A stretch of 64,000 nt of DNA from Nibricoccus sp. (GTDB taxonomy: Bacteria; Verrucomicrobiota; Verrucomicrobiia; Opitutales; Opitutaceae). The first letter of the stretch is position 1; every line of letters starts with the position of its first letter. Below the pieces are notes generated by a model. The model saw only the letters and a list, made by a program, of their open reading frames with translations. It was not told where the DNA came from and searched no databases. The translations under genes and the position numbers were made by a program. Shown one piece after another: positions 1-10,215 of this stretch. Location of the stretch: the NCBI GenBank assembly GCA_047602425.1, contig JASGHG010000001.1:640001-704000 (forward strand), written 5' to 3'.

Positions 1-334
1 GCTCGTCGTGGGCTTCTTGCTCCACTCGGGCGATTTCCCCCGCTCGGTCCGCTTCTGTGTCCAACAATTGAATACAGCCCTCAGGCATATTTCGGGTGTC
101 GCCGAAGGCCGTTTCAGCAACGATGCCGAGCGCCTTTGCGGTCGCCTGCTTGCCGAACTCCAATTCAGCACCGCCGACGAAATCCTCTCGCGCGGGCTCC
201 ACGGTTACATCGACGACATGCAGACGAAGCTCAACTCAATCGGCCATGCCCTCTTCCAAGCTTACATCTTCCAGCATTTCGCACTGCAGCAGGAAGACGA
301 GATTCGCCAACAAGAGGAACAGCAGCAGCAGTGA
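1..334 (+). CDS. Alpha-E domain (DUF403) protein, C-terminal part; 5' end is outside the window
   Basis: FLLHSGDFPRSVRFC motif typical of alpha-E proteins; leads a transglutaminase/CP-ATP-grasp operon; ends in QQEDEIRQQEEQQQQ. Confidence 0.85.
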   Translation, partial: LVVGFLLHSGDFPRSVRFCVQQLNTALRHISGVAEGRFSNDAERLCGRLLAELQFSTADEILSRGLHGYIDDMQTKLNSIGHALFQAYIFQHFALQQEDEIRQQEEQQQQ

Positions 335-350
335 TGCCGCCAAGACGGCG

Positions 351-384
351 TAAGTCCCGAAGGGCCAAGTACCAAGTCCCAAGG
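351..384 (+). repeat. Short degenerate ~7-bp tandem repeat (AAGTCCC/AAGGGCC/AAGTACC)
   Basis: taagtcccg-aagggcc-aagtacc-aagtccc-aagg in the spacer between the first two genes. Confidence 0.45.
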
Positions 385-391
385 CGCCTGC

Positions 392-1270
392 ATGAAACTT
401 CACGTCTTCCATCGCACCCACTTCACCTATCGCACGCCCGTGCGCGATAGCCTCAATGAGGTGCGTCTACAACCCGTCGCAACCGCTAATCAAAAGGTCG
501 AAAGTTTCTCGTTGAAGATAACGCCCAACGCCCAGCTTAAGCACCAACTCGATTTCTACCACAACCACGTGCATCGCTTCGACATGCTGACGCCGCATGC
601 CTCGCTCGAAGTCGAGGCCAGCTCAGTCGTTCACACCACAACACCACCCGATCCGCTCGGCGGGCCGCCCGTGCCCCTGTCGACGATGGCCAAGTGTTTG
701 GACCTGGGCAATTGTTTCGATTTTCTACAATCCAGCACCTACATCACGCTCGACGCCGACATCGCGAAAGTGGCCCGCGATGTAACCTCAGATTGTACCG
801 ATGCATGGAATGCCGTCCTCGCGATCAAGCGGTTCATCCACGACGAATTCAAATACCAACCAGCCGTCACCAATGTTCATACAAAAATGAGTGAATCGCT
901 CCGGTTGCGCCAAGGCGTCTGCCAGGATTTTGCCCATGTGATGATTGGGCTCTGCCGCGCACTGAAAATTCCCGCGCGCTATGTCAGCGGTTATCTTTAT
1001 AATGGCCCGGCCGATGAGCTTAAAGGCGCACAAGCCAGTCATGCCTGGCTTGAGGTTTACCTTCCCGATCATGGCTGGATCGGTGTTGATCCCACCAATC
1101 GACGACAAACCAGCGAGCGCCACATCCGCATCGCCATCGGTCGCGACTACGCCGACGTGTCCCCCATTCGCGGCACTTATCGCGGCACTGGCGAGCGTAC
1201 GCTGCGCGTCGAGGTGCTCGTCACCAACCTCGCCGCCGAACCCATGCCTGCCGTGGCACAGCCCATATAA
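392..1270 (+). CDS. Transglutaminase-like protein (Bact_transglu_N + Transglut_core)
   Basis: N-terminal HRTHFTY...NEVRLQP; catalytic triad motifs GVCQDFAH, ASHAW and DPTN; ARYVSGY. Confidence 0.93.
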   Translation: MKLHVFHRTHFTYRTPVRDSLNEVRLQPVATANQKVESFSLKITPNAQLKHQLDFYHNHVHRFDMLTPHASLEVEASSVVHTTTPPDPLGGPPVPLSTMAKCLDLGNCFDFLQSSTYITLDADIAKVARDVTSDCTDAWNAVLAIKRFIHDEFKYQPAVTNVHTKMSESLRLRQGVCQDFAHVMIGLCRALKIPARYVSGYLYNGPADELKGAQASHAWLEVYLPDHGWIGVDPTNRRQTSERHIRIAIGRDYADVSPIRGTYRGTGERTLRVEVLVTNLAAEPMPAVAQPI

Positions 1271-1285
1271 CCATTCATTCCACCC

Positions 1286-4200
1286 ATGTCGATCCACGTC
1301 GCTCTTCATCACCGCACCCACTATCGGTACGATCGGCTGATCAACGTTGGCCCGCAGGTCGTACGTCTGCGTCCCGCACCACACTCACGCACACGCATCC
1401 TCAGCTATTCGCTACGCGTGCTGCCGGAACAGCATTTCATCAACTGGCAACAGGACCCGCAGTCCAACTACCTCGCGCGCCTCGTTTTTCCAGAGAAAAC
1501 CAAGGAATTTCTTGTCGAAGTCGATTTGGTTGCGGAAATGTCAGTCCTGAATCCGTTCGACTTCTTTCTCGAGCCCGAGGTCGAGCAGTTTCCCTTCGCC
1601 TACGACAAGGCTCTCGATCACGAACTCGAGCCATTCCGTCGGAAATGCGATGTCACACCGGAATTCGGCGACTATCTCGCAAAAATCCGGCGCGAGCTCT
1701 ACGCCTTTCCCGGCCGTGAAAAGCCGCGCACGATCGACTTCCTCGTCAGCCTCAACCAGCGCCTTTGGCACGATATCAAGTATACGATTCGCCTTGAGCC
1801 CGGCGTGCAAGCGCCCGAGGAAACGTTGACCAAACTCAGCGGCTCTTGCCGCGATTCGGCGTGGACTCTCTGTCAATTGTTTCGGCATTGCGGGCTCGCC
1901 GCGCGTTTCGTCAGCGGCTACTTGATCCAGCTGAAGGCCGACCAAAAATCCCTCGATGGCCCGAGCGGCGCGGAACAGGACTTCACCGACCTCCACGCAT
2001 GGTGCGAAGTCTATCTTCCCGGTGCCGGTTGGATCGGCTTGGACCCCACCAGCGGTCTCCTCGCCGGCGAGGGCCACATCCCGCTCGCCGCGACGCCTGA
2101 CCCGCAAAGCGCGGCCCCGATCAGTGGACTGATCGATGAGTGCGAATGTGAATTTTCCCACGACATGAAGGTGACGCGCATCTTCGAATCGCCGCGCGTC
2201 ACCCTGCCCTACACCGACGAACAGTGGGCCGAAATTGAAAAACTCGGTCACGCCGTCGACGAGAAGCTCAAGAAAAACGATTGCCGCCTCACGATGGGCG
2301 GCGAGCCGACGTTTGTGAGCATCGACGACATGGACGGCGCCGAATGGAATTCCGTCGCGCTCGGCCCCAAGAAACGCGCCCTCGCCGACGATCTTATGCG
2401 CCGGCTCAAAAAACGTTTCACCACCGGCGCGCTGCTCCACTACGGCCAGGGCAAATGGTATCCCGGCGAGTCGCTGCCACGCTGGGCGTTCGCCGCTTAT
2501 TGGCGCAAGGATGGCCAGCCGATTTGGACCAACGAAGGTCTTTTCGCCCTCGAATCGAAAAACTACGGCCACGGCGAAAAACGCGCCGAGGAATTCATTC
2601 ACGCTTTGTCCCATCGACTTGGTTGTGGCAACCAGTGGATCATGCCTACCTTCGAGGATGCGTGGTATTATCTCTGGAAAGAGCGCCGTCTGCCAACCAA
2701 CGTCGATCCGTTCCAGTCCAACTTGAAGGACGAGGAGGAACGCAAACGCCTCGCCCGCATCTTCGAGCAAGGTCTCGATAAAACCGTTGGCTATACCCTG
2801 CCGCTGCAACGTCAGTTCGGCTCGAAAGGCCCTGAGTGGCACAGCGGCCCGTGGTTCCTGCGTTCGGAGCGCTGCTACTTGATTCCCGGCGATTCGCCGA
2901 TCGGCTTCCGTCTGCCACTCGACTCGCAGCCTTGGGTCACAACCAGCGAATATCCCTACATTCACGAACTCGATCCGTCGGTCGAACGCGAGCCGTTGCC
3001 ACCACGCCCCGCGAAAGACCTGCAAAAATATTTCCCCGCGTCGCGGCTAAGTGCACGCCGTCCGGACTTCACTCCCGGTGCTGGCTATGGCGGCATTCGT
3101 GGACAACAGTTGCCCAAGGAGCCACCGCTGCCGTTCGACCCCACGCGCCAGCCCGCCCGCGGCGAGTCTGCCTCTTGGATCGTGCGCACCGCACTTTGTG
3201 TCGAGCCGCGTCAAGGCCGGTTGCATGTATTCATGCCGCCAGTGCGCACGCTGGAGGACTATCTCGATGTCGTTTCCGCCGTCGAAGACACCGCTGAACT
3301 GCTCGACACGCCAGTCGTCATCGAAGGCTATTCGCCACCACACGATCCGCGCCTGAATGTCATGAAAGTTACGCCCGATCCCGGCGTGATCGAAGTGAAT
3401 ATGTTTCCGGCAACTTCCTGGTCGCAGATGGTTCAGCAAACCGAGGGCCTTTACGAAGACGCCCGGCAGTCGCGTCTCGGCACGGAGAAATTCATGCTCG
3501 ACGGCCGTCATACCGGCACCGGCGGCGGCAACCACATCGTCATCGGCGGCGCCACTCCCGCCGACTCTCCGCTCCTGCGCCGTCCGGATCTGTTGCGCTC
3601 GCTGCTTGGCTATTGGCAAAACCACCCGTCACTCTCGTTCCTGTTTAGCGGCCTTTTCATCGGGCCGACCAGCCAAAGTCCGCGTATCGACGAGGCGCGC
3701 AACGATTCGCTCTACGAACTCGACCTCGCGTTTCGTCAGGTGCCCGACAAAGCCAATGTCCCGCCGTGGCTCGTCGACCGCCTGTTCCGCAACCTTTTGA
3801 TAGATGCCACGGGCAACACCCACCGCTCCGAGTTCTGCATCGACAAGCTCTACGCTCCCGAGAGCAGCAGCGGTCGTCTCGGCCTGCTTGAGATGCGCGC
3901 TTTCGAAATGCCGCCACATGCGCGCATGAGCCTCGCGCAGCAGTTGTTGTTGCGCACGTTGATCGCACGCTTCTGGGAAAAACCCTACCAGCAAAACCTC
4001 GTGCGCTGGGGCACCGACCTTCATGATCGCTGGATGCTGCCGCATTTTGTGTGGAGCGATTTTGCCGATGTCATCGGTGATCTGCAGGCCAGCGGCTTCG
4101 CCATGAAGCCCGAGTGGTTCGCGCCGCACTTCGAGTTCAAGTTCCCGCAGATCGGCGATCTCGAACTCAACAACATCGCGCTCGAACTCCGCCAGGCGCT

Positions 4201-4681
4201 CGAACCTTGGCATGTGCTTGGTGAAGAACCCGGCGCCGGCGGTACCGTGCGTTACGTCGATTCTTCACTCGAACGCCTCCAGGTCAAAGCCCGCGGCCTC
4301 ACGCCCGGACGCCACATTGTCAGCGTTGGCGGAAACGCTTTGCCGCTCCATCCGACAGGGACAAACGGCGAATTCGTCGCAGGCGTACGCTACCGAGCCT
4401 GGCAGCCGGCGAGTTGTTTGCAACCGACCATCGGCGTGCACACACCTCTCGTGCTCGACGTCGTCGACACTTGGAACGGCCGCAGCTTGGGCGGTTGCAC
4501 CTACCACGTCGCGCATCCCGGCGGACGCAACTATGATGTTTTCCCGGTAAATTCTTACGAAGCGGAGAGCCGTCGCTTGGCAAGGTTTTTCAGGTTCGGG
4601 CATACTCCTGGAATCGTGCAGCCGCGCCCATCCGAGCCAAATCCCAACTTTCCCTTCACGCTCGATCTGCGCCGCTGTTAG
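1286..4681 (+). CDS. Transglutaminase domain + DUF2126 (putative amidoligase) fusion protein
   Basis: MSIHVALHHRTHYRYDR start, GSCRDSAW / DLHAWCEVY / LDPTSG triad, then TMGGEPTFVS, VTPDPGVIEVN, GTGGGNH and C-terminal PFTLDLRR. Confidence 0.93.
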   Translation: MSIHVALHHRTHYRYDRLINVGPQVVRLRPAPHSRTRILSYSLRVLPEQHFINWQQDPQSNYLARLVFPEKTKEFLVEVDLVAEMSVLNPFDFFLEPEVEQFPFAYDKALDHELEPFRRKCDVTPEFGDYLAKIRRELYAFPGREKPRTIDFLVSLNQRLWHDIKYTIRLEPGVQAPEETLTKLSGSCRDSAWTLCQLFRHCGLAARFVSGYLIQLKADQKSLDGPSGAEQDFTDLHAWCEVYLPGAGWIGLDPTSGLLAGEGHIPLAATPDPQSAAPISGLIDECECEFSHDMKVTRIFESPRVTLPYTDEQWAEIEKLGHAVDEKLKKNDCRLTMGGEPTFVSIDDMDGAEWNSVALGPKKRALADDLMRRLKKRFTTGALLHYGQGKWYPGESLPRWAFAAYWRKDGQPIWTNEGLFALESKNYGHGEKRAEEFIHALSHRLGCGNQWIMPTFEDAWYYLWKERRLPTNVDPFQSNLKDEEERKRLARIFEQGLDKTVGYTLPLQRQFGSKGPEWHSGPWFLRSERCYLIPGDSPIGFRLPLDSQPWVTTSEYPYIHELDPSVEREPLPPRPAKDLQKYFPASRLSARRPDFTPGAGYGGIRGQQLPKEPPLPFDPTRQPARGESASWIVRTALCVEPRQGRLHVFMPPVRTLEDYLDVVSAVEDTAELLDTPVVIEGYSPPHDPRLNVMKVTPDPGVIEVNMFPATSWSQMVQQTEGLYEDARQSRLGTEKFMLDGRHTGTGGGNHIVIGGATPADSPLLRRPDLLRSLLGYWQNHPSLSFLFSGLFIGPTSQSPRIDEARNDSLYELDLAFRQVPDKANVPPWLVDRLFRNLLIDATGNTHRSEFCIDKLYAPESSSGRLGLLEMRAFEMPPHARMSLAQQLLLRTLIARFWEKPYQQNLVRWGTDLHDRWMLPHFVWSDFADVIGDLQASGFAMKPEWFAPHFEFKFPQIGDLELNNIALELRQALEPWHVLGEEPGAGGTVRYVDSSLERLQVKARGLTPGRHIVSVGGNALPLHPTGTNGEFVAGVRYRAWQPASCLQPTIGVHTPLVLDVVDTWNGRSLGGCTYHVAHPGGRNYDVFPVNSYEAESRRLARFFRFGHTPGIVQPRPSEPNPNFPFTLDLRRC

Positions 4682-4746
4682 CAAGCCACGAGATATTTCT
4701 CAACTTGAGTTGCCTATCCTGCATCAACCGACATTTTCTTGAGACA

Positions 4747-7248
4747 ATGACAATTGCCAACGCGGAAACTCCCGCCGCGCCGCTCCTGCGCGAATACGCC
4801 ATCCCGGATGGCAGCTACGACGAGATGCTTGGGACGGATGGTTTGCCGCGGCCTCATTGGCAGGGTTTGGTTGGTTCGTTTGAGAAGCTCGGAACTGCCG
4901 AACTCTTTGCCCGCCGTGATGCCGCCACACGGGTGCTTCGCGAAAATGGCGTCACTTACAATATCTATGGCGACGAACATGGCCTCGGCCGTCCGTGGTC
5001 CCTCGATCTCGTGCCAATGCTGATTTCGCACGCTGAATGGCGGCAAATCGAGGAAGGCATTACCCAGCGCACTCGCCTGCTCAATCTCATCCTCGCCGAC
5101 TTGTACGGGCCGCAACGTCTGCTGCGCAACGGCGTCATCCCGCCCGCGCTCATCCACGCGAATCCGGCCTTTCTTCGTCCTTGTCACGGCATCTTGCCGG
5201 CGGAAAATTTGTTTCTCTTTCTTCATGCCGTTGATCTCGCGCGCTCGCCCGACGGTCGCTGGTGGGTTTTGTCCGACCGTACGCAGGCTCCTTCCGGCGC
5301 CGGTTATGTGCTGGAAAATCGCAACGTCCTCTCGCGCGTGTTGCCTGATGAGTTCCGGCAATTGCGCGCGGAGCGGCTCACCAACTTCTTTCAACGGATG
5401 GGGGATAAACTGCGCAACGTTGCAACGCAAGCCCGCGGCCAGCCCAATGTCGTTCTCCTCACGCCTGGCCCCTACAACGAAACTTATGGTGAGCATGTTT
5501 ACCTCGCACGACATCTTGGTTTTTCCCTCGTCGAGGGTGGAGACCTTACCGTCCGCAATCAGCACGTCTTCCTAAAAACCCTCGAAGGGCTTCAGACCGT
5601 CGATGTGATCATTCGTCGTTCCGACGATACCTACTGCGATCCTCTGGAATTTCGCTCCGATTCCGTCCTTGGCGTTCCGGGCCTGCTTGAAGCCGCCCGG
5701 GCGGGCAATGTTGTCATTGCAAATGCCCTTGGTTCCGGCGCGGTTGAGACGCCCGCGCTGGCGGCATTTCTGCCGGGGCTTTGTCGGTATCTGCTGGGAG
5801 AAGAACTCAAGCTGCCTTCGACCGCCACGTGGTGGTGCGGACAGGAAAAGGAACACCAGTATGTCCGCGAACATCTGCAAGACCTGGTGATCAAACCCGC
5901 CTTTGCACGACAACGAAGCGGGCCGTTTTTCGCCGGACGCGCCACTGCCAAAGATCGCGACAAGCTTCTCGACCAGATGCAACAGGCGCCCTTCAACTTC
6001 GTCGCCCAGGAGTGTCTCTCTTTCAGTACAGCGCCAGTCCTTGAAGGCAGCCGATTCCGCCCACGCACCGTCGCCCTGCGCACGTTTGTCAGCGCTTCAA
6101 GCGACGGCTACAAGGCCCTGCCAGGCGGTCTCACCCGTTTTTCCCGTTCACCCGAACAGTTTATTATCTCCATGCAGAATGATGGTGCGAGCAAGGACAC
6201 CTGGGTCCTCGGTGAAGGTCCGACCGTCCAACTGAATCTGCAAATTCCCACCACACCGGCGGTATGGCGGGAGCGTGCAGCCGCCGAAGTGCCGAGTCGC
6301 GTGGCTGACAATCTCTTCTGGCTGGGCCGCTATGCCGAGCGCATGGAGGATACCTTGCGGCTCCTGCGCTGTGTCCTAGGTCGAATATCGGGAGAAGACG
6401 GTATGGAGGACACGCCCGAACTCACCGCCCTGGTGCGGCTGCTCGCGCAACTTGAACTTTTCCCACAAAACTTCCGCGACAAACACACCATTGTCGGAGT
6501 GGAGAGCGAGGTCTATCAACTCATTTACCGAACCAATCGTCTTGGTTCAGTCAGGGAACTGCACGGACGCCTTACCACTATTGCCTTTTCCCTCCGCGAT
6601 CGCTTCACTGCCGACACTTGGCGCATTCTCAATCGACTACAAATTGAGCCCAGCCAGCGCACCGGCCGCACACCGGTTTCCGAAATGATGGCGCTGCTCG
6701 ACATGCTCATCGTCAATCTCGCCGCCTTCGCCGGCATGGAGATGGAAAATATGACTCGTGGCCATGGCTGGCGCTTTCTCGATATCGGTCGTCGCTTGGA
6801 GCGCGCCGCCAACATTGGTACACTGGTGCACGCCGCTCTCACGGTGCAGTCCACGGGTCTGGACACGCTCGGTTCTGTCCTGGAAATCGCGGACAGTGTC
6901 ATGACTTACCGTCGCCGATATTTTTCCCAGCCACAATGGCCTCCCGCGCTCGAACTTCTTTTCGCCGACGATTCAAATCCGCGCTCGCTCGCTTTCCAAA
7001 TCACCGCGCTCGTCGATCATCTTGATAATCTTCCTAAGGACCAGGGCCGGGACCAAAACCGCCACGAAGCAGAAGCTCTGCGCGATTTGATCAACGATTC
7101 GAACTGGCCCAGCCTAGCCCACGCTCAGCTCGCTAACGGCGACGTGCGCCTTGATGAGATCATGTTGAGAATCTCCACCCATCTTCGCGGAATTTCCGAC
7201 GCCCTAACCCGCCAGTATTTCAGCCACGCCACTTCGCGTGCCAGTTGA
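4747..7248 (+). CDS. Circularly permuted type 2 ATP-grasp protein fused to an alpha-E domain
   Basis: YDEM, GVTYNIY, DRTQAPSGAGY, LLTPGPYNETY, ANALGSG, PGGLTR, SKDTWV, then the alpha-E motifs LFWLGRYAER and GRRLERA; ATG 4747 preferred over TTG 4705. Confidence 0.93.
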   Translation: MTIANAETPAAPLLREYAIPDGSYDEMLGTDGLPRPHWQGLVGSFEKLGTAELFARRDAATRVLRENGVTYNIYGDEHGLGRPWSLDLVPMLISHAEWRQIEEGITQRTRLLNLILADLYGPQRLLRNGVIPPALIHANPAFLRPCHGILPAENLFLFLHAVDLARSPDGRWWVLSDRTQAPSGAGYVLENRNVLSRVLPDEFRQLRAERLTNFFQRMGDKLRNVATQARGQPNVVLLTPGPYNETYGEHVYLARHLGFSLVEGGDLTVRNQHVFLKTLEGLQTVDVIIRRSDDTYCDPLEFRSDSVLGVPGLLEAARAGNVVIANALGSGAVETPALAAFLPGLCRYLLGEELKLPSTATWWCGQEKEHQYVREHLQDLVIKPAFARQRSGPFFAGRATAKDRDKLLDQMQQAPFNFVAQECLSFSTAPVLEGSRFRPRTVALRTFVSASSDGYKALPGGLTRFSRSPEQFIISMQNDGASKDTWVLGEGPTVQLNLQIPTTPAVWRERAAAEVPSRVADNLFWLGRYAERMEDTLRLLRCVLGRISGEDGMEDTPELTALVRLLAQLELFPQNFRDKHTIVGVESEVYQLIYRTNRLGSVRELHGRLTTIAFSLRDRFTADTWRILNRLQIEPSQRTGRTPVSEMMALLDMLIVNLAAFAGMEMENMTRGHGWRFLDIGRRLERAANIGTLVHAALTVQSTGLDTLGSVLEIADSVMTYRRRYFSQPQWPPALELLFADDSNPRSLAFQITALVDHLDNLPKDQGRDQNRHEAEALRDLINDSNWPSLAHAQLANGDVRLDEIMLRISTHLRGISDALTRQYFSHATSRAS

Positions 7249-7251
7249 ACC

Positions 7252-8118
7252 GTGCCCTACCAGATCACTCATCGTACTACATATAGCTATCTCAACGACG
7301 TTACGTTTTCTCAGCACGTCGCGCATCTGCGACCGCGCACTTTCCCCGGCCACACCTGCCTCTCGCACGAGCTTAGCATCTCTCCGCCACCAGCCCAACT
7401 TTCGACTCGAGAAGACTATTTTGGCAATACCACCCACTCGTTCACTCTGTCCGGCTCGCATAAGGAACTGGTTATTACCTCTAAAAGTACGGTCGAAATC
7501 GCTCCACGAAAATGGCCCCAGCCAGCCAAGACGTCCGCATGGAACGCCTTGATAAACTCGCGAAGCGAACTTCTGCCCCTGGAGGCACAGGAATATATTT
7601 TCCCGTCCAACTACGTGCCGACGTCGCAGGAATTGATTTCTTATGCGTCACTCTCTTTCGCTCCAGACCGGCCTCTGCTCGAAGCAGCCAGCGATTTGAT
7701 GAGCCGCATCCATTCCGAGTTCACTTTCGATCCCACCGCAACCACGGTTGCCACACCCATCGAAACGGTCCTGCAAAAGCGTCGGGGCGTCTGCCAGGAT
7801 TTCGCTCACCTGCAGATTGCCTGCCTCCGCAGTCTCGGACTGCCCGCCCGTTACGTTAGCGGTTATTTGGAAACTTTGCCGCCTCCTGGGAAAACCAAAC
7901 TCGTGGGAGCCGATGCCTCGCATGCCTGGCTTCAAATTTTCGTTCCCGATTTTGGTTGGATCGACCTTGATCCCACCAACAACACGTTGCCAAACTCTCG
8001 TCATATCACTGTCGCCTGGGGCCGTGACTTCGACGACGTCACGCCGATCCGCGGCGTCATCAGCGGCGGCGGCCGGCATAGTCTCGCCGTCGCCGTGGAC
8101 GTGGTGCTCACGTCCTGA
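7252..8118 (+). CDS. Transglutaminase-like protein (second stand-alone paralogue)
   Basis: GTG start 3 nt after the upstream stop; YQITHRTTYSY, GVCQDFAH, ARYVSGY, GADASHAW, DPTN, GRDFDDVTP. Confidence 0.93.
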   Translation: MPYQITHRTTYSYLNDVTFSQHVAHLRPRTFPGHTCLSHELSISPPPAQLSTREDYFGNTTHSFTLSGSHKELVITSKSTVEIAPRKWPQPAKTSAWNALINSRSELLPLEAQEYIFPSNYVPTSQELISYASLSFAPDRPLLEAASDLMSRIHSEFTFDPTATTVATPIETVLQKRRGVCQDFAHLQIACLRSLGLPARYVSGYLETLPPPGKTKLVGADASHAWLQIFVPDFGWIDLDPTNNTLPNSRHITVAWGRDFDDVTPIRGVISGGGRHSLAVAVDVVLTS

Positions 8119-8184
8119 CTTCCCTCCTCAAAACTGTACTGTTTCCCCGTGCAGCCAAGCACGGGCCGCTTTTCTCCAAAATTG

Positions 8185-10080
8185 TCAGATCCCAATCGGC
8201 TCTTTTTCCTCCATGGCCACCATAGCTTTTTCTGCCGTGGCCAAACGCCGTTTGCCTAGTAACTCGTTCAATTGCCGGACACTCTCTTCCAACGTCTCGA
8301 CTTGATTCTGCATCGAAAGGGCCGTGCCCGCCGTTTCTTCAGCCGTGGCGGCCATGTTTTGCGCAATCTCCTTTTGCTGGCCCACCGATGTATTGATTCT
8401 CCCAATACTTCCGGCCTGCTCGATCGAGTTCTCGTTGATCTTGGTGACAATCTTGTCGATCGCCCGGATTCCCTCGGAAACTTTCTTGAACCGGGTGGCG
8501 AGTTCGTCCGATTTGGAAATCGCCGACGCCGTGCTTTGCGTGGAGTTTTGGATCAAATCAGCGGTTTCGCGGGCGGCCTCCGCGCAGCGACGAGCCAGTT
8601 GCCTCACTTCGTCGGCCACCACGGCAAAACCCGCACCCGCCTCTCCGGCCCGCGCCGCCTCCACAGCGGCATTGAGGGCCAGCAGATTCGTTTGGAACGA
8701 GATGTCGTTGATGCGCGAAATGATCTGATTAATCTTCTGCCCCGAATCGCGCGCCGAGTTCATCGTGGCGTCGAGTTCGTCGATCATAGCCAGACCAGCA
8801 TCGACCGACGTTCGGGTCTCGTGCGTGGTCCGCGCAGCGTCGGCCGCGTGCGCCTTGTTCGTTTCCGCAACCTTCGACACATCGGCAACGCTGGTGCCGA
8901 TCAGATCGACCGCGGCTGCATAGTTCGACGTGTCGCCGGCAATGCGTTCGCCCGCGCTCGACAGCTGTTCCGAGGCCGCGTGAACGTCCTCGGAAGCACT
9001 CGAAAGATTTTGGGAGACGCCAAACAACGTGCGCTGCGTGCTGCGCGTAATGGCCATGTTGATGCCGATGCTCACGACGAGCGTGGCCACGATGATCGCC
9101 CCCATGTTGATCGCCTGCCGTTGTTGCTGACGAGCCGCCGCCAGAAGCGCCTTGTCGGCCTCGGCAAAAGCATGTTCGTAGACTGTGGCGTAAGCGGCGA
9201 AGTGCCGCTCCAGCAGATCATGCAGGTTCAGCTCCTTGAGAAGCGGTGGCGGTGGTGTCGTTTTTTCCGCGAGAATGCCGGTCTGGTCCTGCATGAACTT
9301 ATAGAAGTTGCCATCGTCGCTGGATGGCCTAACCGTCGTCTTGAAGTAAGCTCGAAGTTCGGGTCTGAACTTCAGCAAATAGTATTCGTTTTCGGTAGAA
9401 ACAATGAACTGTCTGCGTAAAAGCGTAAGTTCCAGCGCAGGGAGGCCGCCGTGCAGGAGTGCGAATTCCATCAAGCGCATCGAGACCAGCTCCTGTTGAT
9501 TGATCTTCTGGATCGCAAGGATCGCGTCGAAATAGTTAAGCGAAACCGGCGTGTTCAACCGCATTCTATAACCTTCGCCTATCAACAGCGCGTTGTAGGT
9601 CATTTTTATGTAGCGCTGAAAAACGTCGCCCGAGAGACTGCTGCCTTCCAGGGTATTCTTTCGCAAAAGCGTCAGGGCGTCGCCTAGGTCGGTCTTCACC
9701 TGCTGGACCTTGTCCTCGAAATGCTTCGCGTAGGGACCGCGTGCAAGCCGGTCGAGTCGTTCCAAAACCACCGCGCCAACCTGCTCGGTGTGCGGGAAAC
9801 AGGACTTGAATTTCTGCTGGATCTGCGGATCAGTTCGGTTTGAAAAGAGCTCCATCGCGGCCATCCGCTCGCTCATTAGCGCATCGGTGAAATTCGTGAG
9901 CGCTGCCACTTCTTCTTTGTAAGCCGCCAGGCTGCCGGCATCATCCAGATAGCTTCGATGCTCGGCGTAGAGTTTGCGAAACGACATCTGTCCAATGCCT
10001 ATCACAGCAATAATCGGTAAAGCTGAGATCAGGATCAGACGCTGAGGGATGGTAAGGCGGAAATGGAGTCGCTTCCACAT
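8185..10080 (-). CDS. Methyl-accepting chemotaxis protein with a large helical (NIT-like) periplasmic sensor
   Basis: Two TM segments flank a ~290-aa domain; signalling hairpin [34 protein letters not shown]; the NIT call is tentative. Confidence 0.88.
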   Translation of the reverse strand: MWKRLHFRLTIPQRLILISALPIIAVIGIGQMSFRKLYAEHRSYLDDAGSLAAYKEEVAALTNFTDALMSERMAAMELFSNRTDPQIQQKFKSCFPHTEQVGAVVLERLDRLARGPYAKHFEDKVQQVKTDLGDALTLLRKNTLEGSSLSGDVFQRYIKMTYNALLIGEGYRMRLNTPVSLNYFDAILAIQKINQQELVSMRLMEFALLHGGLPALELTLLRRQFIVSTENEYYLLKFRPELRAYFKTTVRPSSDDGNFYKFMQDQTGILAEKTTPPPPLLKELNLHDLLERHFAAYATVYEHAFAEADKALLAAARQQQRQAINMGAIIVATLVVSIGINMAITRSTQRTLFGVSQNLSSASEDVHAASEQLSSAGERIAGDTSNYAAAVDLIGTSVADVSKVAETNKAHAADAARTTHETRTSVDAGLAMIDELDATMNSARDSGQKINQIISRINDISFQTNLLALNAAVEAARAGEAGAGFAVVADEVRQLARRCAEAARETADLIQNSTQSTASAISKSDELATRFKKVSEGIRAIDKIVTKINENSIEQAGSIGRINTSVGQQKEIAQNMAATAEETAGTALSMQNQVETLEESVRQLNELLGKRRLATAEKAMVAMEEKEPIGI

Positions 10081-10215
10081 AGGGATGGACGGTTATGTTT
10101 CGTCACCCGTCTCCCAAACTTAAGTCCTACTTATACAACGTCTGCCGCAGTAATATCTCTTCCAGTCTGAACTCCGACGTTGAGCTCGCCAGCTCGTTTC
10201 CCAACATCAGCCGTC

